From: Malacoraja senta
Lineage: Eukaryota
NCBI GenBank assembly: GCA_038087875.1
Contig: JAXLNO010000686.1
Coordinates: 1-64,000 of the forward strand
DNA: 64,000 nt
Direction of reading: 5' to 3'
The notes under the pieces were generated by a model. The model saw nothing but the letters and a program-made list of their open reading frames with translations. It searched no databases and had not been told where the DNA came from. The number at the start of each line of letters is the position of its first letter. The first letter of the stretch is position 1. Below, one piece after another: positions 47,320 through 61,105 of this stretch. A program made the position numbers and the translations under genes.

Positions 47320-50300
47320 ATAACCACATAACCATATAACCATTACATCACGGAAACAGGCCATCTCTGCCCTTCAAGTCCGTGCCCAACACTTTTTTCC
47401 CACTTCTTTCTTCTTTCTTCCCCTTAGTCCCATCTACCCGCACACAGACCATAACCCTCCATTCCTTTCCCGTCCATATACCCATCCAAACTATTTTTAA
47501 AGGATAAAATCGAACCTGCCTCCACCACTTCCACTGGAAGCTCATTCCACACAGCTACCACTCTCTGAGTAAAGAAGTTCCCCCTAATGTTACCCCTAAA
47601 CTTCTGTCCCTTAATTCTCAAGTCATGTCCCCTTGTTTGAATCTTCCCTACTCTCAATGGGAAAAGCTTATCCACGTCAACTCTGTCTAACCCATTCATC
47701 ATTTTAAAGACCTCTATCAAGTCCCCCCTTAACCTTCTGCGCTCCAAAGAATAAAGACCTAACTTGTTCAACCTTTCTCTGTAACTTAGTTGCTGAAACC
47801 CAGGCAGCATTCTAGTAAATCTCCTCTGTACTCTCTCTATTTTGTTGACATCCTTCCTATAATTAGGCGACCAAAATTGTACTCCATACTCCAGTATTGG
47901 CCTCACCAATGCCTTGTACAATTTTAACATTACATTCCCAACTTCTATATTTGATGATCAGCCATGATCATATTGAATGGCGGTGCAGGCTCGAAGGGCC
48001 GAATGGCCTACTCCTGCACCTATTTTCTATGTATCTATTCAATGCTCTGATTTATAAAGGCCAGCATACCAAAAGCTTTCTTTACCACCCTATCTACATG
48101 AGATTCCACCTTCAGGGAACTATGCACAGTTATTCCTAGATCCCTCTGTTCAACTGCATTCCTCAATTCGCTACCATTTACCATGTACGTCCTATTTTGA
48201 TTTGTCCTGCCGAGATGTAGCACCTCACATTTATCAGCATTAAACTCCATCAGCCATCTTTCAGCCCACTGTTCCAAATGGCCTAAATCTCTCTGTAGAC
48301 TTTGAAAATCTACTTCATTATCTACAACACGACCTATTTTAGTATCATCTGCATACTTACTAATCCAATTTTCCACAACATCATCCAGATCATTGATGTA
48401 CATGACAAACAACAGTGGACCCAACACAGACCCCTGAGGCACCCCACTAGTCACCGGCCTCCAACCTGACAAACAGCCATCCACCATTACTCTCTGGCAT
48501 CTCCCATTCAGCCACTGTTGAATCCATCTTGCTACTCCACCATTAATACCCAACAATTGAATCTTCTTAACCAACCTTCCATGAGGAACCTTGTCAAAGG
48601 CCTTACTGAAGTCCATATAGACAACATCCACTGCTTTACCCTCATCAATTTCCCTAGTAACCTCTTCGAAAAAATCAAGATTAGTCAAACATGACCTTCC
48701 AGGCACAAATCCATGTTGACTGTTCCTAATCAGACCCTGCTTATCCAGATGCTTATATATATTACCTCTAAGTATCCTTTCCATTAATTTGCCCACCACT
48801 GACATCAAACCAGCAGGTCTATAATTGCTAGGTTTACTCTTAGAACCCATTTTAAACAACGGAACAACATGCGCAGTACGCCAATCCTCCGGCACTATTC
48901 CCGTTTCTAATGACATTTGAAATATTTCTGCCATAGCCCCTGCTATTTCTACACTAACTTCCCTCAATGTCCTAGGGAATACCCTGTCAGGACCTGGAGA
49001 CTTATCCGTTTTCATATTTTTCAAAAGTGTCCGCACTTCCTCTTCTTTGAATCTCATAGTTTCCATTGCTACTCTGCTTGTTTCCCTTACCTCACATAAT
49101 TCCATATCCTTCTCCTTGGTGAATACCGAAGAAACAAATTTGTTCAATATCTCCCCCATCTCTTTTGGCTCTGCAGATAGCTGTCCACTCTGACTCTCTA
49201 ATGGACCAATTTTATTCCTTGTTATCCTTTTGCTATTAATATAGCTGTAGAAACCCTTTGGTATTACTTTCACCTTACTTGCCAAAGCAACCTCATATCT
49301 TCTTTTAGCTTTTCTAATTTATTTCTTAAGATTCATTTTAAATTCTTTATACTCCCCAAGCACCTCATTTACTCCATGCTGCCTATAATTATTGTAGATC
49401 TCTCTCTTTTTCCGAACCGTGTCCACTTTCCCTTGAAAACCATGGCTCTTTCCAATTTTTACTATTTCCTTTCAACTGAACAGGGACATAAAGATTCTGT
49501 ACTCTTAAAATGTCTTTAAATGTCCTCCATTTCTCTTCTACATCCTTCCCATAAAACAACATGTCCCAATTCACTCCTTTTAAATCCTTTCGCATCTCCT
49601 CAAAGTTAGCCTTTCTCCAATCAAAAATCTCAACCCTAGGTCCAGTTCTGACCCTCTCCATAATTATATTGAAACTAATGGTATTGTGATCACTGGATCC
49701 GAAGTGCTCCCCAACGCATACCTCCGCCACCTGCCCAGTCTCATTTCCTAACAGGAGGTCCAGCATTGCCCCTTCTCTAGTAGGTACCTCTATGTATTGC
49801 TGCAAAAAACTATCCTGCACACATTTTACAAACTCCAAACCATCCAGCCCTTTTACAGAATGTGTTTCCCAGTCTATGTGTGGAAAATTGAAATCTCCCA
49901 CAATCACTACCTTGTGCTTACTACTAATATCTGCTATCTCCTTACATATTTGCTCTTCCAATTCTCGCTCCCCATTTGGCGGTCTATAATACACCCCTAT
50001 AAGTGTTGCTACACCTTCCCCATTTCTCACCTCCACCCAAATAGCCTCCCTAGACGAGCCCTCTATCCTGCCAAAGCACTGCTGTAATATCTTCCTTGAC
50101 AAGCAATGCAACACCCCCACCTCTTGCCCCTCCAATTCTATCACCCCTGAAGCAACAAAATCCTGAAATATTTAGTTTCCAATCACAGCCCTCCTGCAAC
50201 CATGTTTCACTGATCGCCACAACATCATACTTCCAGGTGTCAATCCAGGCTCTAAGCTCATCCACCTTTCTTACAATGCTCCTAGCATTAAAATATACAC

Positions 50301-51540
50301 ATTTAAGAAACCCACCACCACTTATTCTCTGTTCATTATCTTTTTCTTCTTTCTCCCCTACATTTTGGGTCGGAGTGCTTCCCTTCTCTGCCTCCTGCCT
50401 CCCACATTGTCTACTAGCTTTCTCTATTTGAGTCCCTCCCCCATACCGCTCTAGTTTAAAGTCTCCCCAGTAGCCTTTGCAAATCTCCCCGCCAGGATAT
50501 TGGTCCCCCTCGGGTTCAAGTACAACCCGTCCTTTCTGTACAGGTCACACCTTCCCCAAAAGAGGTCCCAATGATCCAGAAATTTGAATCCCTGCCCGCT
50601 GCACCAGTTCCTCAGCCACGCATTTATCCTCCACCTCATTCCATTCCTCCTCTCACAGGTAGTAATCCTGAGATTGTTACCTTTGTGGTCCTTCTCCTTA
50701 ACTCTCCTCCCAACTCCCTAAATTCTCCTTTCAGGACCTCTTCTCTTTTTCTGCCTATGTCATTGGTACCTATATGTACCACGACCTCAGGCTCCTCTCC
50801 TTCCGATTTCAGGATATCTTGGACGCGTTCAGACACATCCCTGACCCTGGCACCAGGGAGGCAAAATACCATCCGGGTCTCCTGACTGCGTCCACAGAAT
50901 CACCTATCTGACCCCTTAACTATAGAGTCCCCTATTACTATTGCCCTCCTCTTCTTTTCCTTACCCCTCTGAGCAACAGGGCCGGTCTCTGTGCCAGAGG
51001 CTCGGCCACTGTCGCTACCCCCAGGAAGGCTGTCCCCCTCAACAGTACTCAAACAGGAGTACTTATTTTCAAGGTATACAGCCACCGGGGTACTCACTAG
51101 TCCCTGCCTCTGCCCCTTGCCCTTCCTAACCGTGACCCACTTGTCTGCCTCCTGTGGTCTTGGAGTGGCCACCACCCTATAACTCCTTTCTATGACCTCC
51201 TCACTCTCCCTGATCGGACAGAGGTCATCGAGCTGCTGCTCCAGGTTCCTAATACGGTCCCTTAGGAGCCCCATCTCGATGCACCTGGCACAGATGTGGA
51301 CTTCTGGAGGGGTATCAGACTCCATGACCTCCCACATCTGACATCCAGAACAGTAAACTGCCCTGGCCCTCATTCTCCCCCCTTACCCTGGATACAATAC
51401 AAAGCCTTACCCTGGATACAATACAAAGCCTTACCCTGGATACAATACAAACTGGTGGAGGAAATCAGCAGGGATCTGACTCCCAATCAGCTGCTTCCTC
51501 TTGGTCCTCTTCCACCAATCAGCGGCTTCCTCACTTATAT
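47320..51540 (-). mobile_element. Full-length but degenerate CR1 (family B)
   Basis: ORF1 pieces 51373-50451 (CSGC..CARC, GDS, GTND); ORF2 pieces 50265-47424 (YADD); 24-bp repeat x3 at 51380-51452; an opposite-strand CR1-A tail inserted at about 47951-48037. Confidence 0.93.
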
Positions 51541-53152
51541 GAAACATGAATGGAACGTTGCAGTTTTGGGTTCCTCCTCCTGCAACGGTCCCTGGGCCTC
51601 TGGAAAGCAAAGCCCCGCGCTGTTTATCTACCCACCACCCAGACGCCGCTCCTCCTCCTGCAACGGTCCCTGCAACATATATCCTGCTGAATACTTTGAC
51701 AGCCTACCTCACTGTCCGTGACCCCAGCATTATCATTCTCATCAAAAAAGGAGGTTGAAGGACACATCAGAACCATCCACACTGATGAGTTAAAAGATGA
51801 ACCGATTTTTGTCCCTGCTGACATCCCACCAATCTCACCCCCACAACATCAATTTGACATCAGCCCTCCCAAGCGGAGTGAGGTAAAAGAATCAGTGAGG
51901 AAGGCCAGAACGGCCTCTGCACCAGGCCCTAATGGTGTTCCATATTGTGTCCACAAGAATGCCCCAGATATTCTGAAATTCCTCTGGAGGAACATGAGGG
52001 TTGCGTGGGAAAAGGAACTCATCCCCAAAGCCTGGCGAAGAGCGGGGGGAGTCCCGATCCCAAAAGAAAAACATTCTTCCACCATCGAACAGTTTCGGCA
52101 AATAAACCTTCTTGACATAGAGGGCAAGATCTTTTTCAGTGTGGTGGCGAAAAGACTTACAAAGTATCTGAAACAAAACCATTTCACTGATACGTCAATC
52201 CAAAAGGCTGGCATAGCAGGCTTCTCGGGATGCCTTGAACATACCAGCATCATATGGCATCAAATCCAGACTGCCAAGAAAGAACAAAAGAATCTGCATG
52301 TCTTGTTCCTCGATCTGGCCAACACCTATGGATCAGTTCCTCATTCGCTACTGTGGACTGCTTCTGAATTCTTTCAGGTGCCTGCAATAATAACAAATCT
52401 GGTAAAAAAACTACTTCCAGGATCTGCAATTTTGTCTCACAACATCAGACTTTACCGCAGCGTGGCAACCACTGGAAGTAGGCATCATGGCGGGGTGCAC
52501 CATCTCCCCATTGACCTTCACTATGGCAATGGAGCTCATTATCAGAGCATCAAAATGGGTTGTGGGAGGAAAACGGCTACAGTGTGGTCAGCGGTTGCCA
52601 CCTAAACAAGCCTATATGGACGATATAACAACACTAACAACAACTATCCCCTGCACCAAGAGACTTCTGTAAAAACTTCATCAAAACATCACATGGGCAA
52701 GGATGAAGATAAAACCCAGCAAGTGTAGAAGCATCTCCATTGTCAAAGGTGAAGTCAAGGATCCAAGATTTCTTATTGACGGAATACCTGTTCCAACTGT
52801 TTCAGAAATGCCAGTGAAGAGTTTGGGCTGTTGGTATGATGCAAAGGTCAAGGACACCGAGCAGTTTGAACAACTGAAAAAGGATACCATCATGTACATA
52901 GCTCACATAAACAAGACCTTGCTACCAGGAAAACTCAAGCTGTGGTGCTTCCAATTTGGCATACTACCAAGAATCATGTGGCCTTTAACTATGTATGAAA
53001 TCCCCATCAACAAAGTGGAAAAGCTGGAACGAATGCTCAGCACACATGTGAAACAGTGGCTTGGATTCCACGATGCTTAAGTGGTGTCGGACTGTACAGG
53101 AGTGGCAAACTGGAATTACCCATTGCAGGATTTGTGGAAGAGTTGGTCATGA

Positions 53153-54600
53153 CTACTTTTTAAAAAGGGAGGGAGAGAGAAAATGGGGAATTACAGACCA
53201 GTTAGTCTAACATCGGTGGTGGGGAAAATTCTGGAGTCAGTTATTAAAGATGGGATAGCAGCACATTTGGAAAGTGGTGAGTTCATTGGACAAAGTCAGC
53301 ATGGATTTATGAAAGGTAAGTCATGTCTGACGAATCTTATAGAATTTTTTGAGGATGTAACTAGTAGAGTGGATAAGGGAGAACCAGTGGATGTGTTATA
53401 TCTGGACTTTCAGAAGGCTTTCGACAAGGTCCCACATAAGAGATTAGGATACAAACTTAAAGCACACGGTATTGGGGGTTCAGTATTGATGTGGATAGAG
53501 AACTGGCTGGCAAACAGGAAGCAAAGAGTAGGAGTAAACGGGTCCTTTTCAGAATGGCAGGCAGTGACTAATGGGGTACCGCAAGGCTTAGTGCTGGGAC
53601 CCCAGCTATTTACAATATATATTAATGATCTGGATGAGGGAATTGAATGCAACATCTCCAAGTTTGCGGATGACATGAAACTGGGGGGCAGTGTTAGCTG
53701 TGAGGAGGATGCTAGGAGGCTGCAAGGTGACTTGGATAGGTTGGGTGAGTGGGCAAAGGCATGGCAGATGCAGTATAATGTGGATAAATGTGAGGTTATC
53801 CACTTTGGTGGCAAAAACAGGAAAGTAGACTATTATCTGAATGGTGGCCGATTAGGAAAAAGGGAGATGCAACGAGACCTGGGTGTCATGGTACACCAGT
53901 CATTGAAAGTAGGAATGCAGGTGCAGCAGGCAGTGAAGAAAGCAAATGGTATATTAGCATTCATAGCAAAAGGATTTGAGTATAAGAGCAGGGAGGTTCT
54001 ACTGCAGTAGTACAGGGTCTTGGTGAGACCACACCTGGAGTATTGCGTACAGTTTTGGTCTCCTAATCTGAGGAAAGACATTCTTGCCATAGAGGGAGTA
54101 CAGAGAAGGTTCACCAGACTGATTCCTGGGATGGCAGGACTTTCATATGAGGAAAGACTGGATAGACTCGGCTTGTACACGTTGGAATTCAGAAGACTGA
54201 GGGGGGATCTTATTTAACTTATAAAATTCTTAAGGGGTTGGACAGGCTAGATGCAGGAAGATTATTCCCAAAGTTGGTGAAGTCCAGAACAAGGGGTCAC
54301 AGTTTAAGGATAAGAGGGAAGACTTTTAGGACCGAGATGAGGAAATCATTTTTTACACAGAGAGTGGTGAATCTGTGGAATTCTCTGCCACAGAAGGTAG
54401 TGGAGGCCAGTTCATTGGCTATATTTAAGAGGGAGTTAGATGTGGCCCTTGTGGCTAAAGGGATCAGGGGGTATGGAGAGAAGGCAGGGATGGGATACTG
54501 AGTTGGATGATCAGCTATGATCATATCAAATGGCGGTGCAGGCTCAAAGGGCCGAATGGCCTACTCCTGCACCTATTTTCTATGTTTCTATGTTTCTATG
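53153..54600 (+). mobile_element. CR1 family A-like 3' 1.45 kb nested in HERO
   Basis: ORFs 53183-54501; (TATGTTTC)n tail; ATGAC present at both junctions. Confidence 0.95.
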
Positions 54601-55460
54601 ACCCTCACTGAATCTGAAGATACTGTTATTTGAACAGCGGCCCACCGTGTGGCAATGGGGAGAAAGTGGGCCCCATCTGAAGCCATTCAGAGTGCTAAGT
54701 CTGCTCTTCATTTCCGGGATATGGTTGGCCAAGTCCAACACGGGAGAGCCGGGCTCGGGCTCGTCCCAAAAGCTCCTCAATGGCACAAGGCAACAACAGT
54801 GCAGAAGAGACGGCTTGTGGTGGAGGAGGTGAGAAGACGGGAGGAGGCAGAGTGACACGCCAAGGCCGTCTCAATGGCCAAGCAGGGCCAATGGACTAAC
54901 TGGAAGAGCCTGGAAAAGAGGAAACTCAGCTGGCGTGACAGCTGGCAAATGGAAGGATCTCGGCTAAGTGGATGCAAGCATTCTGCAGCCTGCTCGGGAT
55001 TGGAAAATGGAAGTGGACTTAGAAAAAAGGCTTGTGGTTCCCCCAGACATTGTGGCTACAACACTCCGGCCAGACATGGTCCACAACAGCCAAGTTGGCA
55101 TACATTGTGGAATTGACAGTTCCATGGGAAGATGGTGTTGAAGAAGTTAATGAGAGGAAAAAGACCAAGTACTCTGAACTGGCAACTGAAGCTTCCCAGA
55201 ATGGCTGGAAGACCAAGAATGTCCCTGTCGAAGTGGGATGCAGGAGATTTGTTGCTACATCTATGACCAGGCTATTAAATAAAATGGGGGTGAGGGGTCG
55301 CTCCCTCCAACAAGCAATCAAGTCATTATCAAATTCTGCATAAAAAAAGCAGCAATTGGATTTGGATCAAAAGAAGAGACAACAATTGGGCTGCAAGATG
55401 AAGACAGGAGGGTATGGAATTGAGGGGGGTGTGACTGGGATGCCAGGTATCACCGTTGAG

Positions 55461-55532
55461 CCCTCTGGAGACGTTGTGGCCTTATCAATGAAACATCAAA
55501 GAAGGAGGGTGCCCACCTGAAGACCCCGATGA
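55461..55532 (+). ncRNA. Candidate rearranged (non-circularly permuted) hammerhead ribozyme in the HERO 3' UTR
   Basis: GUU 55473-55475, GAAAC 55490-55494, CUGAAGA 55517-55523; stems I and III in register, stem II weak. Confidence 0.55.
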
Positions 55533-55689
55533 CGTATCTACCTTACCTTTCACCACTCCAATCCCTGCAAATAGCAAGAGTGCTGACTTATTACAGGATT
55601 GAAACATCAAGTCCTATTAGCTCTACAGTGTCACATCAAACTTACTAACCAACCCCTCTACATTCACACACAAGTCATTTATATAAATC

Positions 55690-56590
55690 ACAAACAGTAA
55701 AAGTCCCAGCTCGGATCGCTGCAGAATTCCACTGTCCACAGACCTCCAGCCTGAATATTGTCCTTCCACCACAACCCTCTGTCTTCATCTATAAGCCAGT
55801 TCTAAATCCATACCAACAAGTCTTGTGCTATTTAGTCATCTGCAGCAGCCTGTCATGTCTTACTAAATGCCATGTAGACATCATTCACCACCCTACCCTC
55901 ATCGATCACCTTCATCACATCCTCAGAAACTCAAACAAGTTAATAAGACGACCAGCCGTGTACAAAGCCATGCTGGCTATCCCTAATTAGCCCACTTTCT
56001 TCCAAATGGGAGTAAATCCTATCTTGAAGAATCCTCTTCAATACGTTCCGTACCAGTGATGTGACGCTCACGAGTCAGGATGAAGAGTACAACTTACAGC
56101 ACGAGATACAATCAGCATGTAAGAAAGGCCATGTTACAGGGAATTTCAATATGCAGGTAGACTGGGAAAATCAGGCTGGTACTGGATCCCAAGAGAAGGA
56201 ATTTGTAGTGTGCCTGCAAGATGGCTTCTGAGAGCGTCTTGTGGTTGAGCCTACCAGGGAAAAGGCAATTCTGGATTCGGTGTTGTGCAAGAACTGGATT
56301 TGATTATGGAGCTTAAGGTAAAGGAACCCCTAGGAATTTGTGAGATAATATGATAAAATTCAACCTGCAGTTTGAGAAGAAGATGAAATCAGATGTGACG
56401 GCATTACTCGTCAAGGTAACTACAGAGGCATAAGTAAGGAGGTGGCTATTGTTGAGTACCAGGCGATCCAAGCAAGAATGATTGTGGAACAGCAATGGCA
56501 GAAGTTTCTGAGAATAATTTGGAAGTTGCAGGATCTTTTCATCCCAAAGAGGAAGTAAGATTCTGAGGGAAGAATGAGTCGACTGTGGCT
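55690..56590. mobile_element. Old CR1 fragments (RT piece on minus to about 56080; APE piece on plus after it)
   Basis: Decayed QHGF/DVYM and NFNMQVDWENQ motifs. Confidence 0.7.
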
Positions 56591-56689
56591 GACTAAAGGG
56601 GATGTCCCACTTGGGCCACCTAATCCGCGATGGCAGTAAAAATACAACTCCTGCTGTGTTTTAAATATATATATATATTTTAAAATTAA

Positions 56690-56985
56690 TCAAAATTATT
56701 TATTCAAACATTAAAATAGTATTTACAACACAATAAAACAAAACAGATCGCACCACCATAATACAAGTAGTTATTAGAATATTTGTAACATAGTAAAACA
56801 AATATACCAAGTAAACCACTAAACCACTATATTACAATCCTTGTCAAGGATGCATTCAACACCCTGTGGAGCCCAGCGGTCCCGGAAATCCCCCAGGGTG
56901 CCCGTGGACAGGGCGTATTCCCTCTCTAACCCCACCGGGCACGGACGTAACCCCGGAAAAACAACTCTTGCTGTTGGCAGCAGGT
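56690..56985 (-). mobile_element. Tx1-like LINE 3' end
   Basis: Minus strand FRGYVRA / LEREYALSTGTLGDFRDRWAPQGVECILD, then AATAAA. Confidence 0.7.
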
Positions 56986-57379
56986 CTTTTGCTTCTGCAG
57001 CCTAAAGGCAGATGGGAAGAACAAGGGTGAAGAGGAAGCACAAGAAGAGATCTCAGTGGGTGAAGCCCCTCTTGCAAAGAAGATTCAGGCTTGGACAGCA
57101 TGAGAACCTGATAAATGTGCTACGTGAGGAGGATTTGTCTGCTTTTAAAAACATCACAAGAATACCCCCTGACCTGTTCAATGACAAACACGGGCCCTCT
57201 GCTGAAAAAAAAAGACACCTATATGAGAAAGCCACAGGAACCAAGGTCTGCGCCTAGCCATCCACTGTGGGCCAAATGGATTCTTGGGGTAACAGCTCAG
57301 TCACTCAAGCCTGATGTGCTGGCAGCTCACTCACGGCTGGTGGGCGAGCAGTTGAACCACGGCTATTCCTTGAAATTCC

Positions 57380-57968
57380 ATTTCAAGCAGAGTGCAAGTC
57401 CACCAAATTCAAATGCAGTTTCCTACCATTTCAAGCTGGGTGCAAGGCCACCAAATTCAAATGCAGTTTCTTACCACTTCAAGCAGGTTGCAAGGCCACC
57501 AAATTCAATTGCAGTTTCATACCACTTCAAGCAGGGTGCAAGGCCACCAAATTCAGATGCAATTTCCTTCCACTTCAAGCAGGGTGCAAGGTCACTGAAT
57601 TCAAGTGCAGTTTTATACCACTTCAAGCAGGGTGCAGGGCCACCAAACTCAACTACAGTATCTTACCACTTCAAGCTGGGTGCAGGGCCACCAAACCCAA
57701 GTGCAGTTTCATGCCACTTCAAGCAGGGTGCAAGGCCACCAAATGCCAGTGCTGTTTAATGCCATTTCAAGCAGGGTGCAAGGCCACCAAATTCAAGTGC
57801 ATTTCATACCACTTCAAGCAGGGTGCAAGGCAACCAAATTGAAGAGCAGTTTCATGCCATTTCAAGCAGGGTGCAAGGCCACCAAATTCAAGTGCAGTTT
57901 CATACCTTTTCATGCAGGGTGCAAGGCCACCTCATTCAAATGCAGTTTCATACCATTTCAAGCAGGGT
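57380..57968. repeat. 48-bp minisatellite, about 12 units
   Basis: CAAGCAGGGTGCAAGGCCACCAAATTCAAATGCAGTTTCATACCACTT. Confidence 0.95.
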
Positions 57969-58352
57969 GAAACCACCATAAAACCACACAAAACACCACA
58001 TAAACACCACACTCACAGTTCAGTAGACATTCAGTGTGTTCAGTTGATTCACAGCTCAGACAGAGTTGTGACCTCTCCCTCCGCCATCTTGCAGAGACTG
58101 AGCCACACCCACACTTCCGGGTTTTATAATCCCTCCCCCTCCCACCGGAAGGAGCGTGGCTTTCATGGTGTGATTGACAGGAGAGAGATTCTCAACATTT
58201 TTTTAAACACTAATAACACTTTTATTTTTCATTGAAGCGAAGAATCCTCTGCACCTCATGAGCGGAGAGGGACTGAGTAAGATGTCCAAAAATCACAGCC
58301 GTAAGTGGTAGCATTTTATCTAAACTCAATATAAAGTGCAAACAGGAAGTTA

Positions 58353-58532
58353 AGCAGTTACCACCACCAACAACCGTTTGCGGTGCAGCATTTCAAAGCA
58401 GTTACCACCACCAACAACCGTTTGCAGTGCAGCATTTCAAAGCAGTTGCCACCACCAACAACCATTTGCAGTGCAGCATTTCAAAGCAGTCACCACCACC
58501 AACAACCGTATGCAGTGCAGCATTTCAAAGCA
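58353..58532. repeat. 44-bp minisatellite, about 4 units
   Basis: AGCAGTTACCACCACCAACAACCGTTTGCAGTGCAGCATTTCAA. Confidence 0.92.
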
Positions 58533-59812
58533 ACCACATTTTCATTTTCAAACCACATTGAGGGCACTCACAGTTGAGTTGACATGTGTTCAGTGTTATT
58601 CACAGCTCAGAGAGACGTGACCCTCTCGCTTCTTCCATCTTGCAGAGACTGAGTGAGCCACAACCCTTCCGGGTTTTATAGTCCCTCCCCCTCCCACCAG
58701 CAGGGGCAGCAGAGAGAATGTCAACATTTAAAAAATATTAATAACCCATTATTTTTCATTGATGGGAACAATCCTCTTGTCCTACGCAGCGGATTGGGAC
58801 TCTGAGTAAGATGGCCAAAAATCACAGCCGTAAATCGCAGCGTTTTTAAAAAACTCATGAAACAGAAAAACAGGAAGTGGTCAAGATTTTACTTTTAGTA
58901 ATATAGATATGAAGATAAGGTGATGGACTGTCCCAGTACACCAGATGACTGGAAGAGAGTGGCGCATGGCTTTGATAAAAGATGGAACTTAAGCATACAT
59001 GTGGGGCAGTGGATGGCAAGCATGTCGCCATCCAGTGTCCACCCAAGGGAGGGTCAAAATACTTCAATTACAATAAGTGTAATTCCTTCATACTGTTAGC
59101 TGTGGTTGATTCAAACTACAACTTCCTGTATGTGGATGTGGGCACAGATGGTAGGATCTGAAGAGAGACCTCCCTTGGGCAGGCACTGGAAGAAGGAAGA
59201 GCAGGCGTGCCTGATCTAGAACCTCTGCCAGGAGAAGACAACCTTGTGTAGAAGACATGCACTACACGATGGTTAGTGATGATGGCTTTGCAGGCATTTG
59301 ACAAGGGAGCAGAGGATCTTTAAATACAGGCTGTCCAGGGCTAGGAGGGTTGTTGAAAACGCATTTGGCATCCTCTCCAGCAGATTTTGATGCTTGCTGA
59401 CTACTATGGAGCAGGAGCCCAAGAATGTGGAGACTATTGTGTATGCAGCATGTCCTCCACAACCTGATCCATATCAGAGGTGCAGCAGCATCATCAGCAA
59501 CAGCCATGCAGGAGGGTGACTTGGTGGACAACCGTACAGGAAACATGATACCAGGTGCTTGGAGGGCTGGAGTACACGCTGCAGCGATTGCCAGGTAACA
59601 CCAGGAGAAAGAGTGTCAAAGAGCAGAGAGACCATCTCTTACTACAACTAAATACTGGGCAGTGTGCCATGGCAGAACAAAGTTATTGAGGAACAACAGC
59701 GAACATCACACAGCACCTATTCCTTCTCTCCATAGATGCTGCCTGTCCTGCGGAGTTACTCCAGCATTTTTGTCTACCTTCGATTTTTCCAGCATCTGCA
59801 GTTCTCTCTGAA

Positions 59813-60010
59813 ACCACACGGTGGGAGTGTTGACCACAAATTGGACGGGGCTGCATTGCGGCAGATCACCACACGGTGGGAGTGTTGACCACAAATTGCA
59901 CGGGGCTGCATTGCGGCAGATCACCACACGGTGGGAGTGTTGACCACAAATTGCACGGGGCTGCATTGCGGCAGATCACCACACGGTGGGAGTGTTGACC
60001 ACAAATTGCA
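59813..60010. repeat. 55-bp tandem repeat, about 3.6 near-identical units
   Basis: ACCACACGGTGGGAGTGTTGACCACAAATTGCACGGGGCTGCATTGCGGCAGATC. Confidence 0.95.
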
Positions 60011-61105
60011 GCGACCTGTTATGTGAATTCACTGCACATTGGGAATGCTGTCTATAAATTAGATATTGTGCTCTTTACTGCAAAATGGTTCTTTATTGCT
60101 CTGTGACACTTTACCTTTCCCCATAAAGCACCCATTGCCCAGATGCCAAAATGTAATAAAAACCCTGAAACCAGGGAAGATTTTGGATGAAAACCAAGGA
60201 ACTGCAGATGCTGGTTTACAAAAAAAAGGCACAGAGTGCTGGAGTAACTCAGCGGGTCAGGCAGCATCTGTGGAGAACATGGATAGGTGAAGTTTCACAG
60301 AGTGCTGGAGTAACTCAGTGGGTCAGGCAGCATCTGTGGAGAACATGGATAGGTGTGGCTGTACCCCCATTCGCATGTCCGGTGGATGTGGCCTCGATGA
60401 CTGCTTTTGAAACATAGAATCATATATAAGTGGAATTCAAATGAAGTTAAAAAATCTCACTGAGGAGTTCTGTTACAAAGGACTGCAATCATCAAAGCAT
60501 TTATTTAATACCTGCTCAGAATAACATGGTCAGGTTTAATCTACAATTGGAGAGGGAGAAGGGTAGATCGGGAGTCAAAGTGTTGCAGTTGAATAAAGGG
60601 GACTATGGGGCCATGAGGGAGGAGCTGGCCAAAGTTGACTGGAAAGATACACTAGCAGGGATGACAGTGGAACAAAAATGGCAGGTGATTCTAGGAATAA
60701 TACAGAAGGTGCAGGATCAGTTCATTCCTAGGAGGAAGAAAGATTCCAAGGGGAGAAAGGGGTGACCATGACTGACAAAGGGACGTCAGGGACAGTATAA
60801 AAATTAACGTGAAGAAGTACAACGTAGCAAAGATGAGCGGGAAGCAAGAGAATTGGGTAATGTTTAAAGAACAGAAGATAACCAAAAAAGACAATACGGG
60901 GAGAAAAGATGAGGTACGAAGGTAAGCTAGCCAAGGATAGTAAAAGCTTCTTTAGGTATGTGAAGAGGAAAAAATTAGTTAAGACCAAAGTTGGACCCTT
61001 GAAGACCGAAAAGGGTGAATTTATTGTGGGGAACAAGGAAATGGCAGATGAGTTGAACAGGTACTTTGGATCTGTCTTCACTAAGGAGGACACAAACAAT
61101 CTTCC

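Larger units (their letters stand above)
51545..55615 (+). mobile_element. HERO-type (R2 group, RLE) non-LTR retrotransposon, 5'-truncated and degenerate
   Basis: RT motifs FRQINLLDIEGK, GCLEH, LDLANTYGSVPH, GCTISP, AYMDD; RLE (L)RPD / IVELTVPWE...KKTKY...VEVGCR. Confidence 0.88.
57264..58908 (-). mobile_element. Non-autonomous Helitron-like element with internal minisatellites
   Basis: Minus strand starts A/TCTATATTACTAAAAG; internal duplication 58010-58350 vs 58560-58885; 3' hairpin/CTRR end not seen. Confidence 0.5.
56594..59700 (+). mobile_element. Harbinger transposase pseudogene interrupted by Tx1 and Helitron-like insertions
   Basis: TIR-like AAAGGGGATGTCCCACTTGGGC at 56594; WVKPLLQRRFRLGQHENL..., KKDTYMRK; from 58911 CPSTPDDWKRVAHGFDKRWN / GAVDGKHVAIQCPPKGGSKYFNY...YVDVG; GSVPWQN near 59660. 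Confidence 0.9.

Noticed and set aside
57115..57970. 214-aa ORF with HFKQGARPPNSNAVSY repeats
   Set aside because: Chance fusion of a Harbinger frame to a 48-bp minisatellite whose unit length is a multiple of three; several frames are open.
59813..60010. Regular repeats suggesting a CRISPR array (also 11503-12247 and 57380-57968)
   Set aside because: Units are head-to-tail with no unique spacers, there are no cas genes, and the context is vertebrate.
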